From Bugula neritina (taxonomy: Eukaryota > Animalia > Bryozoa): a DNA stretch of 64,000 nt. Below, in pieces: positions 1 through 12,300 of the stretch (position 1 is its first letter; every line of letters starts with the position of its first letter). The notes under the pieces were generated by a model, which searched no databases, had not been told where the DNA came from, and saw only the letters and a list, made by a program, of their open reading frames with translations. The translations under genes and the position numbers were made by a program. The stretch is taken from positions 8,314,973-8,378,972 of the forward strand of contig OZ037770.1 of assembly GCA_964035545.1 (NCBI GenBank), given 5' to 3'.

Positions 1-76
1 TGTAATTCAAGTTCATTGTACATTAAATTAGTTACTAAAAATTTACAAAAGCCATGGGTTAGGTTCAAGGACATAC

Positions 77-361
77 CCAAAGTTAGCTCAGTACTATTCT
101 CTGGTGTGGAAGGTACATTATTACTGCTTACAGTTACAGTAAATATGTACGTTTTTCCAGGAGTCAAGTTATTTATAGTGACAGAACTACCACTTCCACG
201 AGGTACATCTTTCACAGAAGGAGGGGAACATGGAGAGCTACATTTAACTTCTACTCTTACAGAATCCCACACAGTGTTAGGATTACTCCATGTTATAATA
301 GCAGTGTTTGTACTACCAGGTTGGGATAACTCTGCTGTTACACTAGTCACAGCGGAAGAAG
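77..361 (-). CDS. FN3 domain exon (repeat type A), gene 2
   Basis: 285-nt phase 1-1 exon with tag acceptor and gtatgt donor; ...ITWSNPNTVWDSVRVEVKC...NLTPGKTYIFTVTV... Confidence 0.85.
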
Positions 362-3300
362 CTACAAAATGAAAAAACTCTTAACATGAATATTAGAGTC
401 AAAAGCTATATTTGCAATAAAATATAATATTCAGTTGTAATATCATCTTATAGAGCCAAACAAAATTCTGTGTATTGCACACAGAAAGTTACCTAATTTA
501 ACTGTGTCAAATTCCACCCATCCACTCTGTACAGAACCAGAAGCAATGTTCACATAAGCTTGTATAGAGACAGTATAGTCCTGTCCTGGAGTAACATCTT
601 GCAGAGTGTGGGTTCTCACTGTGTTATCTGGAATATCTAGAGGGGAGTTCCTATCACCACACGACCCTGTATAATATGAAAATATAGTTAAAAATGTAAT
701 AAATAGCTAAATAGACACGTGTAATGGCTTTCAGTGGTGCAAATTATGTTAGTATTAAATCGAAAGGGTCGACTCTATAATGTATGCTATAGTGGAGTTC
801 GACTACATCGACCTCCTGCGACTTGTAACTACGGTAGACAGTTGTGGTAAATATTAAGAGTTATCCCCCTTGACACTTTACTTATGGCTATTTTTCTAAA
901 TACTGTAATCATAGCTAATTATGTAGCGTGACTTTCTAATACCTTAAACACTATGGCTAATGTTGAGCTTTTAACATAGTAAATAGTTAATCCCCTTTCC
1001 CCCAATTACAAGTTACAATACGCATACACTTGGTTGGGTTCATTTTTGTTGATTCATGTAAACCAACAGTTGGACCGATTTCGGCAGGTTGATGCAGGCA
1101 GACCGAATGTCGGTTACCGATATTTCCAGTGTCGGTTACCGACATGACGAATGTCGGTATCCCCTGCCGAACATCGGCCCGCTGTCGGTGGAAGGTTCTA
1201 GAGGTCCTTTGTTCTACCAGTATAAAAGGACACGCATTTTAGAGCTTCAGTCACTTGCGGACTGGAGCTCACACTGGATACTTCTCACTGCTACAATAAA
1301 GTACTGCAAGCACACGGCAACCTCTCTCTCTTGTCTCTTCTATAACAAGGAGTTATGTTCTCTGCCTGATTTCATTCTATCACCCACAAAACTACTACAT
1401 TGGTGGCAGCAGTGGGATCAGAATAGTCAGGCAGCCCTTGGAAGAGACAAGGAGCTAGCCAAATGTCAAGGACACCAGAAGATGGAGGAGAGGCTCTCAC
1501 CCTGGAGAGCCTAGTAACTGCCCTCCGAGCAATCGGCCCGGCTTACCCGGCACCACCTCTCGACAGGTATCGCCTTCAGCCGCCGATTTTCGGAGGAGAC
1601 TGCGACGTGGAGCAGTTTATCAAAGAATTCGAAGATGTTGCTACCATCGCCGCATGGCCGGCACCGGTACGTCTTCTACAGCTGCGGTCATGTCTGACTG
1701 GACCAGCTAAGAACTACGCTGTCGGAGAGAGTGTTGGGCAGATCTATCAGGCACTCCGGACACGGTTCGGTCTGACTGCTAGAGAAGCCCGAACCAAACT
1801 CCAGAACATGAAGAGGGACAGAAGGACCTCGCTGCAAGACCATGCTAACGCCATTGAAAGACTGGCATTGATAGCATACAGCCGAACCGCTTTGGATGAG
1901 CGGCGGGAGCTAGTCTACGAGGCCTTCTTCAGTACTGTCAACGACAGCGCTCTACAGAAGCATTACCTGGCCGCCAAGATTTCCACGATCGAGGAAGCTC
2001 TAGCAATGGGCCGGTCCTACTATCAGGTAGACAACCCCCATAGAGCCAACTTCTCAGCAAGTCAAGTGGAAGAGGCGGCCAGAGAAGAAGAAGCTACAGT
2101 AGCCACTGTTGCTGACCCTGCACCCTCTTCCTCGCAGATCACCATGTTGGTAGACATGGTGAAAGGCCTGCAACTGGAAGTAGCGAGACTGCAACAGCAA
2201 CAGGGAGGCAGGAGGACGACCGAAATTCGGACTAACCCAACCAGGCCGAACCAACCAACATGCTGGGGGTGTGGCGCCTCGGGTCACGTCCAGCGGCGTT
2301 GTCCCCAAAAGGGGAAACTACGTTTAAACGCCAGAGGCTCACGGTAGATTCCGCCAACCGTGAGCCCAGGTCAAACCTCCCACTCAAGGGTACACCAGAC
2401 GCATCCGGAGAGACGATGGACAGAGCGGCCAACCTCGGACGGCCTAGTCCTGGGAAGAGGGGGCCTAGGGGCCCACCTAGACCTCCAGCCATGCCAAGAA
2501 GTACCCGGAAGGAGCCAGCTGACACGGGGTGGCAGGCACCCCGGAGACCTCGGAGACCGCAAGGTTTTCCCGAACCTCCTGCCTGGCCACTCCACAACCG
2601 GTTCGCGGGGTTAACCCACGAGGTCATAGAAGAAGATCCAGCTTACTCGCAAGAGTTCCCCAAGCTACCTTCTAGGCCTCTAAAAACCCCCGCTTTCGCA
2701 AAGACAAGGAGGCGACCCCACGTGGTAACCCAGGGGGTGTCACCCACAGAGGCCGACCAGCCTAAGAGTGTCCAGCCATATGGAAGCAGCTACTTCCTAC
2801 CCGGGAAGATTGCGGGAAAAGCTGCCACCTTCCTGTTGGACACCGGTTGTACTACCAACCTGCTGAGTCGGCGCCTGTTTGACACCCTTGGGGCCAACGT
2901 GAGGGCCAGTCCCGAGCCGTATGAGGGGGCGCATGGTACGTTGGCGGACGGATCATGCATTCCCTTCTACGGCGTCCTTACACTACATGGACGGGTCCGG
3001 GATCAGGCGATCCACGAGACCTTTATTGTCAGCCATCTGAAGGAGGACGCAATTCTGGGCATGCCGTTTCTGGAGAAACACCAGTGTCGCATAGACTTCC
3101 AGAATTCTGCGTTGCTGATGGCTGGCAAGGAACTTGTCTGCGTCGACAAGTTCGGTAGGCCCTTGGTAAGTGGGGTCCAAGTAGTGCACAACTGCACTGT
3201 ACCCGGACGGTCCCAGGCTACCCTACGCTGCAAGGTCAACTGCAAGAGGATAGCTGGACTAGGACTGGTGGAAGGAATGCCAGGAGGGATCCAGTTGGCA

Positions 3301-6300
3301 AACAGCCTGAATCGGCTAGACTGCCAGGGAGAACTCCTCGTACAGTGCATCAACCCCTTCACCGAGCCGATCAAGCTATCGGCAGGCGCCCTGGTAGGGA
3401 AGTACCACTCCATCCAGGAATCGGATGTGGGGCCGGCACTGGAGACAGTGACCGACGCCCCGGGTGCTTCCCCTCGGGCCGGACGGACGGAGATACCGGA
3501 GCATGTGGCTGGCCTATATGATGGGGTCTGTGGGAACTGTAGCAGTAGTGCCGATCGCCAAGCACTGGCTCGACTACTGGTGGACTACAGTGACGTCTTC
3601 AGTCGCGGAGATGAAGACATGGGGCTGACCAAGGTGGTGTGTCATGAGATACCCTTGGCAGCCGGAACCACCCCCATCAGGCAGCCCACACGACGGCTAG
3701 GTCCGAAGAAAGGAGAAGGAAGTAAGCAGACAAGTGCAAGATCTTCTTGACCGGGACCTGATTGAGCCTGCCCACGGTGCGTGGAGCTCTCCCGTGGTCT
3801 TGGTCAAGAAGAAGGATGGTACCTGGAGGTTCTGCGTGGACTACCGCAGACTCAACAGTGTCACCATCCAGGATGCTTACCCTCTCCCCAGGATAGACGA
3901 GTCTCTAGACGCCCTCGCGGGAAGCAAGTACTTTAGTACTTTGGACCTGCTGAGCGGGTACTGGCAAGTGCCCCTCAGTCCCGATGCACAGGACAAGGCA
4001 GCGTTCATCACCCGCGATGGGCTCTGGAAATGGAAGGTTCTGCCATTTGGACTAACGTCTGCCCCGGCAACCTTCCAGCGACTCATGGAGCAGGTCCTCA
4101 GTGGATTACACTGGAAGACCTTGCTCATCTACCTGGACGATGTCATAGTAATCTCCCCAGACTTTGCGACTCATGTCAGTCGTCTGCGGGAAGTCTTTGA
4201 CCGTCTCCGGACCGCCGGATTGAAGCTAAAGCCCTCCAAGTGTACACTCCTACAGCCGGAGGTGAAGTACCTAGGCCATGTGGTTGGCCGTGACGGCGTC
4301 GCTACCGACCCGGAGAAGGTGCGGGCTGTGGAGGAGTGGACTGTCCCCCGAGACCTCACTGAGCTGCGCGCATTCCTGGGCCTGGTGGGGTACTATCGGC
4401 AGTATATCCCCGGGTTTGCAGGAGTTGCACAACCACTGAATCGGCTAACAGCTAAGGGGGTCCGGTGGCAGTGGACACAGGAGGAGCAACAGGCATTTGA
4501 CCACCTCAAAAGTCGGCTAACAGAGGCGCCTATTCTAGCGTACCCTGACCCAGCCAAGGAATACATCCTGGACATCGACGCCAGCGACCACAATGTGGGA
4601 GCTGTTCTGTCACAGGTTCAGGGTGGAGCTGAGGTGGTCGTCGCCTACTACAGCAAGACCCTCTCCCCCGCCGAGAAGAACTACTGCACCACCAGGAAGG
4701 AGCTCCTGGCAGTGGTTAAGGCGGTGAAGCACTTCCGGCCATATTTGTATGGGAAAGCGTTCAGGTTGCGAACAGACCATGCATCTCTAATATGGCTGTG
4801 TAAGCGTGCAGAGCCCTCGAGCCAGGTGGCTCGGTGGCTGGAGATTCTTGCTGAATTCTCATACAGGATTGAGCACCGTGCTGGGAGGAAGCATGGGAAT
4901 GCTGATGGGATGAGCAGACGGCCAGAGGAGGCCTGCAAGCAGTGTCTGCACATCGAGGAGCTAGATGGAGGACCCGCTCGCCTGGACGTAGAGAGAGAGC
5001 TGGGGAGCGACGACATCCATAGTTGGGAAGGCGGCCAGCTTCGGTCCGAACGCCAACCGGATACCGTCAATGCCTTACGGGCCAACCCCACGCTGTATCA
5101 AAACGTCCAGGAGCTGAGTCGGCTTCAGCAGACACTGCCAGGAGCAGTGGCTGACATCTTCCGGGCCAAAAAGGAGGGCCGCCGACCTACCGAGGAACAG
5201 CAGCGACAAGGGGACGTCGAGTACCGACACCTCTGTAGCCGCTGGGATTCCCTCAAGGTCAGCCAGGATGGCCTCCTCACCATTACACTCGCAGCAGATA
5301 ACCGCCGTGAGAGGGAACGCGTCGTATGTCCACGTGCCCTCCGGCGGGAAATAATCTGGGACACCCATAAACAGGCCCATTCAGGGGCCAGTCGGGTCAT
5401 CAGATGTCTGAGACTGCGCTGGTACTGGCCCGGACTGACTCGGGACGTACGACTGCGGATACGGCAGTGCGAGGTCTGCCAGGCTAGTAAACATGGCCGC
5501 CCTACCGAGACCACCAGTCGACGCCGGCTATACGCTGGTCGGCCATGGCAGGTAGTGGCCGTGGATCTAGTCGGACATATGCCGTTATCCGCCAGAGGGA
5601 ACACCTGGATACTGGTGCTCACGGACCACTTCACCCGGTGGGCTGATGCCCTGGCTATACCAGATGCATCAGCCCCCACCGTGGCCCGAACCCTGGATCA
5701 GCAAGTGTTCTGCTATTTCGGGCTTCCCGAACAGATTCACACTGACCAGGGGGCCCAGTTCCAGTCCCAGCTAATGGGAGACCTCTGCCGGATATGGGGG
5801 GTGAACCAAAGCCGGACGACCCCATATCACCCGCAAGGGAACGGAGTCGTCGAGAGAAACAATAGAATGTTAGGAGATGCCCTCCGAAGCCTGCTCTTAG
5901 GCCGAGGACAGGAAGAATGGGACGTTGTGCTGCCCCAGATAATGCGGGCCTACCGCAGCACACCACACTCCAGTACCCTGGAAACCCCAAACTTCCTGAT
6001 GCTCGGTCGAGAGACTCGCATCCCGGAGCACCTAACATATCATGTTCCTGCGCCCGAGGCCCCCGTACATGAGTACGTGGGGAAGCTCATCGAGACGATG
6101 GAGCAGGCTCATGAAGCCCTGCGCGAGCAGCAGTGGCAGACGAGGACGGAGGACTCTGAGGAGCCCCCACTATACCAAGTGGGAGACTGGGTATGGATGG
6201 TGAGCCACCGCAGGCGGCGCGGACAGTCAGCTAAACTTCAGCCCAAGTTCGTGGGGCCCTACTGCATCATAGAGGTTTTACCGAACCACACATACCATGT

Positions 6301-9300
6301 GGAACGCTCAGGGCAGGTCTCAGTCCAAAACGAGCAGCGGTTGAAACCCTATGAGGGCAGCCCAGACGCTGCGGGGCAGGCACCTTCCCTACTCGAGCCG
6401 GCTCGCCAGCCCATCTCCAGAGGACGGGTGGCTCGGCCCAGAGAGTGGGAGATTGCAGTCCAAGACCCAGTGGAACCGGACCGGACACCAGAACCTCCTC
6501 CTCCACCTGGTCCACCAGTTTCGCCGGCTCCAGAGCCGGCCCCGGTGCCAGGAGGTGCACCTCACGCTGAAGGAAGTGACCCAGGGACCCCTGCCCCTAT
6601 CACACTTCCACCCCAGCCTGAGGTACCTGTGGAGTTGGAGAGACAGTCAAGAAGTAGGAGACCCCCAGGGTATCTAGCCGATTATCACGTGGGACCCGTG
6701 AATCTAACCCCAATGGAACCTAATTCGCCTAGCACAGGCATAGACTTCCATCTCTGTGGGCCTAGATACCCTGCTCGTGATACTGAAATTGAGTTCACGT
6801 ACCCAAGATCGGCAGATACTGACCCTTCACTAGGTTCTGACAACAATCAGGATGAAACAGACGATGACACGGTTCTCCTGCAGCCAGAGTCGTCATACAA
6901 CCACATGGATACTGGAGTAGACGAAGCGATTCAACCCGACTTCCCCTTTATCCGGAACCCTGGCTCGGCTCCAGTCGGCCCGACGGGTTCCCCCTCTCTG
7001 GCCCAGTCTGCCCCCACTGCTTTAGAGAAGCTTCCTTTACCTGTAGAAGCTCAACTCCCTGCGGAAGAAGCGCAAGTGACTCTTGGCAGTTGGGCTGTCT
7101 GGATAGACCTCGACGGACCAGGACAGAGAACACTGACGCTACCAAACGTACTGACGGGTCGTGCTGGCCACGATAGACGACAGTAGTCAGAACCTGCCCA
7201 AGACTAAGAAGAGACCTCGACCTATCCACCACCACTTCTCACTCATCATCCACTTACTGCGCTCTACCCCCCCCCCCCCCACTCGCAACCAGCCTACCTG
7301 TCCCTGCCCACACGAAGGAGATATCTGGAGACTCTTCGAAGGAGACATTCAGGTTTTGCTAAGGAGTGATAGATGAGACTTTATATTACTTTTATTAGTG
7401 TGTTATAAGTATTACTACAAATATGTGTGTGAACAATAGTGTGCATTGCAGTATCAAAGTTTTTTTATTTTACTATTATTATTAGCATTTATCAGTATTA
7501 TACCATTTTTCTCTAGAACCTGAACCTCAACCAAGTTTTTTTATTAATTTTCTGTATTCCCAATAGCCCTAGCCCTGTATTCTCATGCTAGTCCCCATGC
7601 CCCTTGGCCAGTTGATTTACGTTGTTATATTTACCCTCTGTTTTTGTATCAGAAACTGTACTTTCTGATAGGGGGTGTGTGTGGTAAATATTAAGAGTTA
7701 TCCCCCTTGACACTTTACTTATGGCTATTTTTCTAAATACTGTAATCATAGCTAATTATGTAGCGTAACTTTCTAATATCTTAAACACTATGGCTAATGT
7801 TGAGCTTTTAACCTAGTAAATAGTTAATCCCCTTTCCCCCAATTACAAGTTACAATACGCATACACTTGGTTGGGTTCATTTTTGTTGATTCATGTAAAC
7901 CAACAGTTGGACCGATTTCGGCAGGTTGATGCAGGCAGACCGAATGTCGGTTACCGATATTTCCAGTGTCGGTTACCGACATGACGAATGTCGGTATCCC
8001 CTGCCGAACATCGGCCCGCTGTCGGTGGAAGGTTCTAGAGGTCCTTTGTTCTACCAGTATAAAAGGACACGCATTTTAGAGCTTCAGTCACTTGCGGACT
8101 GGAGCTCACACTGGATACTTCTCACTGCTACAATAAAGTACTGCAAGCACACGGCAACCTCTCTCTCTTGTCTCTTCTATAACAAGGAGTTATGTTCTCT
8201 GCCTGATTTCATTCTATCACCCACAAAACTACTACACAGTGGCACCACTAGTAACAGCCAATCAAGACTGACATTCTAATTGATAGGAGGTGGAGCTAGC
8301 TACTCATAGTGGAAACGCGCTGAGTAGCTAGCCAGGCAGAGCTGCTTGGGACTTCATTTAGAGTAGTTGTGTATAAAGCTCACTAATTATGAAATCGTTT
8401 CTATTCATGTTAGCAGTAAACAAAATTTCTTGTATCTTGTGAATAATAAACTTATCTTAGAGTAAACAACCTGGTGTAGTGGCTTTGTTTAAGTTGACCC
8501 ACACATAATATAGTGGGATTCCACTTAATACAAATGCTCCTAGGCAGGGAGTAAGATGGCCGACAAGGGCGACTCGCCCAGACAGGGACAGGCAGCAGTA
8601 GAGGAGGATCACATAGGCGGCCCAGCGCTGCCTATGGACAGGTACCACTTGCGGGCTCCCATCTTCTCGGGAGAGAAGATGTGGAGCAATTCATCACTGA
8701 GTTTAGTGATGTGGCGGACATCTGCGGACGGCCGAACAGGGTTACTCTGATCCAGCTGCGGTTATGTCTGACAGGGCCGGTTAAACCAGAGTCGGACGAC
8801 CCCGTATCACCCGCAAGGGAACGGGGTTGTGGAGCGGAACAACCGAATGCTAGGGACTCTCTGAGAAGCCTGCTTATCGATAGGAGCCAGGAAGAGTGGG
8901 ACTTGGTGCTGCCGCAGATCATGCGACCGTACCGTAGTACCCCTCACTCCAGTACACTGGAGATCCCTAATTTTCTCATGCTGGGAAGAGAAACCAGGGT
9001 TCCTGAGCACGTAAGCTATCATGTTCCGGCTCCCGGGAACAACGTCCACGATTACGTGGAAAAGCTCGTAAAATGCATGGGGACGGCTCACGAGGTGCTA
9101 CGTGAGCAGCAGTGGCAGATCAGAAGTGGTGACTCTGACGACCCCCCCTTATATAAGGTGAGAGACTGGGTCTGGATGACCAGTCATCGCCGACGGCGCG
9201 ATTAGGCAGCCAAGTTGCAGCCGAAGTTCGTAGGTCCCCACTGCGTAATTGAGGTAATGCCAAATCACACCTATAAAGTGGAATGGTCTGGACAAGTGTC

Positions 9301-12300
9301 GATTCAGAACGAGGCATGGCTGAAACCTCACTGGGCGAGTCCTGATGCAGCAGGTCAAGCACCTCCTCTCTTAGAGCCCGCTAGACGCCCTCCTATGAGG
9401 GGGCGAGGCATGGCGTATAGAGAGATTGAGGAGATACTGCCAGATCAGGATTGGGCGGCTGACGCGCCGCCCGACTAGCCCCAGCCACCTCCACCCCAGG
9501 AGGAGGAGGCCGACACACCAGAGTACCTGTCAGAGCCGGCCCCACCACCTGTGGAGCCGGTCGACAGGCCCATCGCCCCGGATGAGATGGAAATTCCTCA
9601 AAATCATGAGGAAGAGGCAGCTGGGGGAGGACCACGCGTACTGGTGGACCCCCAACGTACTGGCGACATCACCCGTGGTAGAAGAGTCGCCAGTCGCAGC
9701 AAATTTCCCAGTACTGTTGGACCGTAGCCAACGTACCAGGGCGCCACCATCTTATTTGCGAGACTTCTCGTGTGACTTGGTCGACATGCATAGTATTCTG
9801 TAGCATGTCAACATGCACAAAGAAGTCTGGGGGAGCGAGGTAATTGATAACATGCTACCCAGTGGCGGATTGAATAGGTCAGCCGGGGGTCAGCAGAGCG
9901 TAGCCAACTCAACAGCGTATAGGGTATTACATAACCCCTCCAGCTGTGAGCGCTCTTTTCAATTGCAACCAGCAAACAGGCAGCACGTCTTTTGCAGTAA
10001 ACAATTTGGCTATCTACGAGCCCTAAGAAAACAGCAGCAACATTATGTCTAATGCAGCAACTGTTTTGGGGGGTAAGTCTACTAGAAATTCTATAATAAT
10101 TAATTTAATTAATTAGAATTTGCTCTGGTAGCGACAGCAGTCTCGCTTTATCATAATGATAAAGTTGAAACTCCTGACACCAAACGATGTTTTGATAGTT
10201 AGAGTGGGACGGTCGACTCAACTGATTACACGATCAGTTAGTGACAGACTGTGAGACTCGATTATCAGTATCGTTTGGAACGGGAGTCCCACGCATAGAG
10301 TGTGATTCAGATGAATTTAAATACTCTATTGCAGGTGAGACTGAGCCTGTATCCGACGAAATACAGGCACTACTCGACACACCAACGACTAACTGGGACA
10401 GCATGTCAGAGGCAGGGGTAGACATGCTGTCCGACGTACACCTGTCAACACTGACGGACTCCCCGACAATAACTGACAGACATACTGCAATGCAACTGGA
10501 CATACCCGACTTCACCGAAACCACCGACAGGACTATAGCACTGCCCCAAGCACTACTTCAACGGACGAACTGGACTACTCGACAGACTCGTACATTAATC
10601 CAAGCACTTATAGGGACAGACGACAACAGACAATGCGCGGAGTGCAGACGAACCTTATCGACTATGAAAAGACTGAAGATACACATTCCCCAACATTTCA
10701 CTGTGACTTTCTGCCCTGTGGAGTCCACCATTTCTGCAGGGACACCATACTACGCCACCAGAGAACTCAAGACTGTTATGTAGGACACCTATATGAAGTT
10801 GACGCAGACTCTTACACCGAATTTCGAGACCTAATCCTACCCCACGTGACTGACCCGGACCGACGACAGACTCTCCTAGACCACTTCCCCGCTACCCGAC
10901 CCACAGTAGAGAGTGACTCCTACGCAGACCCCCAACCCACAGAGACGACGACACACACCTCCGACGTAACTACTCAACCCCTACGTGTTATTGTAACCCG
11001 TGCTGGACGCACTGTAGCTGACGACTCACACCCCCCAACAACGACGATCTCCTATGTACCCCGACACACTCGCAAGAAGAGGAAGGGTGCTAGCAACACA
11101 CCCCGAGATGACAGCAACCCTGACCAGTCCCTACTAACTGACATTAAGAAAGTGCAACGGCGTATGGCTCCCCTCAGTAAGGAACAGAAGCGAGCGGCCA
11201 CTGCGCTGGCTAAGTTGCAGACTCGACTGGAGAGACGACTGGCCAGGAAGTGATAGAGATGCGGCCACCCCCCTCTTAGACTGAGTAATGTAAATAGATA
11301 GGTGTTGCGGACTATGCGAGTAAAGATTTGATTATTCTACTTATACTATTCTGTACTGTATATATATATATATTCTTTTTCCAGTGTGTGTATCTCTAGT
11401 TATGTAAAACCCTATGTTATTTCCAACCGTTATCTTGTTTTATTATTGTCATGTAAATAGTAATCATAGAGTGTACCTTTCGATAGGTGTGGAGAGTGTA
11501 ATGGATTTCAGTGGTGCAAATTATGTTAGTATTATATCGAAAGAGTCGACTCTATAATGTATGCTATAGTGGAGTTCGACTACATCGACTTCCTGCGACT
11601 TGTAACTACGGTAGACAGTGGCACCACTAGTAACAGCCAATCAGGACTGACATTCTAATTGATAGCAGGTGGAGCTAGCTACTCATAGTGGAAGCCGCTG
11701 AGTAGCTAGCCAGGCAGAGCAGCTTGGGACTTCATTTAGAGTAGTTGTGTATAAAGCTCACTAATTATGTAATCGTTTCTATTCATGTTGGCAGTAAATA
11801 AAACTTCTTGTATCTTGTGAATAATAAACTTATCTTAGAGTAAACAACTTGGTGTAGTGGCTTTGTTTAAGTTGACCCACACATAATATAGTGAATTGCG
11901 AAATTCACTACACACGTACGGCCTTCAATGAAGAGAAACATGCATACAAGATTAAAAGTTATATTATCTGGCAACAGAAGTTGAATTTCTATATAATATA
12001 CAAAGATAAGCCCCAGCTTAAAACTAAGATATTAGCTCCAATTGCACAAAACACTAAATGTGATGATTGAGTGCTGATTCTACATAAGAATTAACTGACC
12101 TAGGTTAAAGTGTTATTAGCACAAGCAGGTAGAGTAATATAGTAATAAACTAGTGAGGTCATATCCTGTTTATACGAACACTACCCTAGACACTGATCAT
12201 TGGTCATGACATTCACTCAGTTTAAACACAAATTAAGAAATTATTTTCAATGCTATTTATATGTTTAAGTCAATCTCCAGGACTTGCATTGTTTATATTA

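Larger units (their letters stand above)
843..8236 (+). mobile_element. Gypsy LTR retrotransposon A (full length, nested in the 5' LTR of B)
   Basis: 557-bp LTRs at 843-1399 and 7680-8236 (3 differences seen); TSD CAGT at 839-842 and 8237-8240; PBS at 1401; purine tract before 7680; gag-PR-RT-RH-IN order. Confidence 0.97.
720..11912 (+). mobile_element. Gypsy LTR retrotransposon B (internally deleted; 5' LTR interrupted by element A)
   Basis: TG...CA ends; TSD CACG at 716-719 and 11913-11916. 5' LTR is 720-842 + 8241-~8515; 3' LTR is 11497-11912, with ~14 differences by eye. Truncated gag is fused to the integrase tail, followed by ORF3. Confidence 0.93.

Noticed and set aside
16-372. Plus-strand ORFs over FN3 exons (also 14002, 50192, 55933, 60396, 62131)
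   Set aside because: Antisense shadows; splice signals and FN3 W/Y motifs are on the minus strand.
1089-1514. 141-aa ORF (and its 117-aa twin at 7926)
   Set aside because: Lies inside the LTR, is duplicated only because LTRs are, and has no recognisable domain.
3700-3750. Possible second programmed frameshift between protease and RT in A
   Set aside because: C and D are continuous here; a single extra A in a purine run (mutation or sequencing error) explains it.
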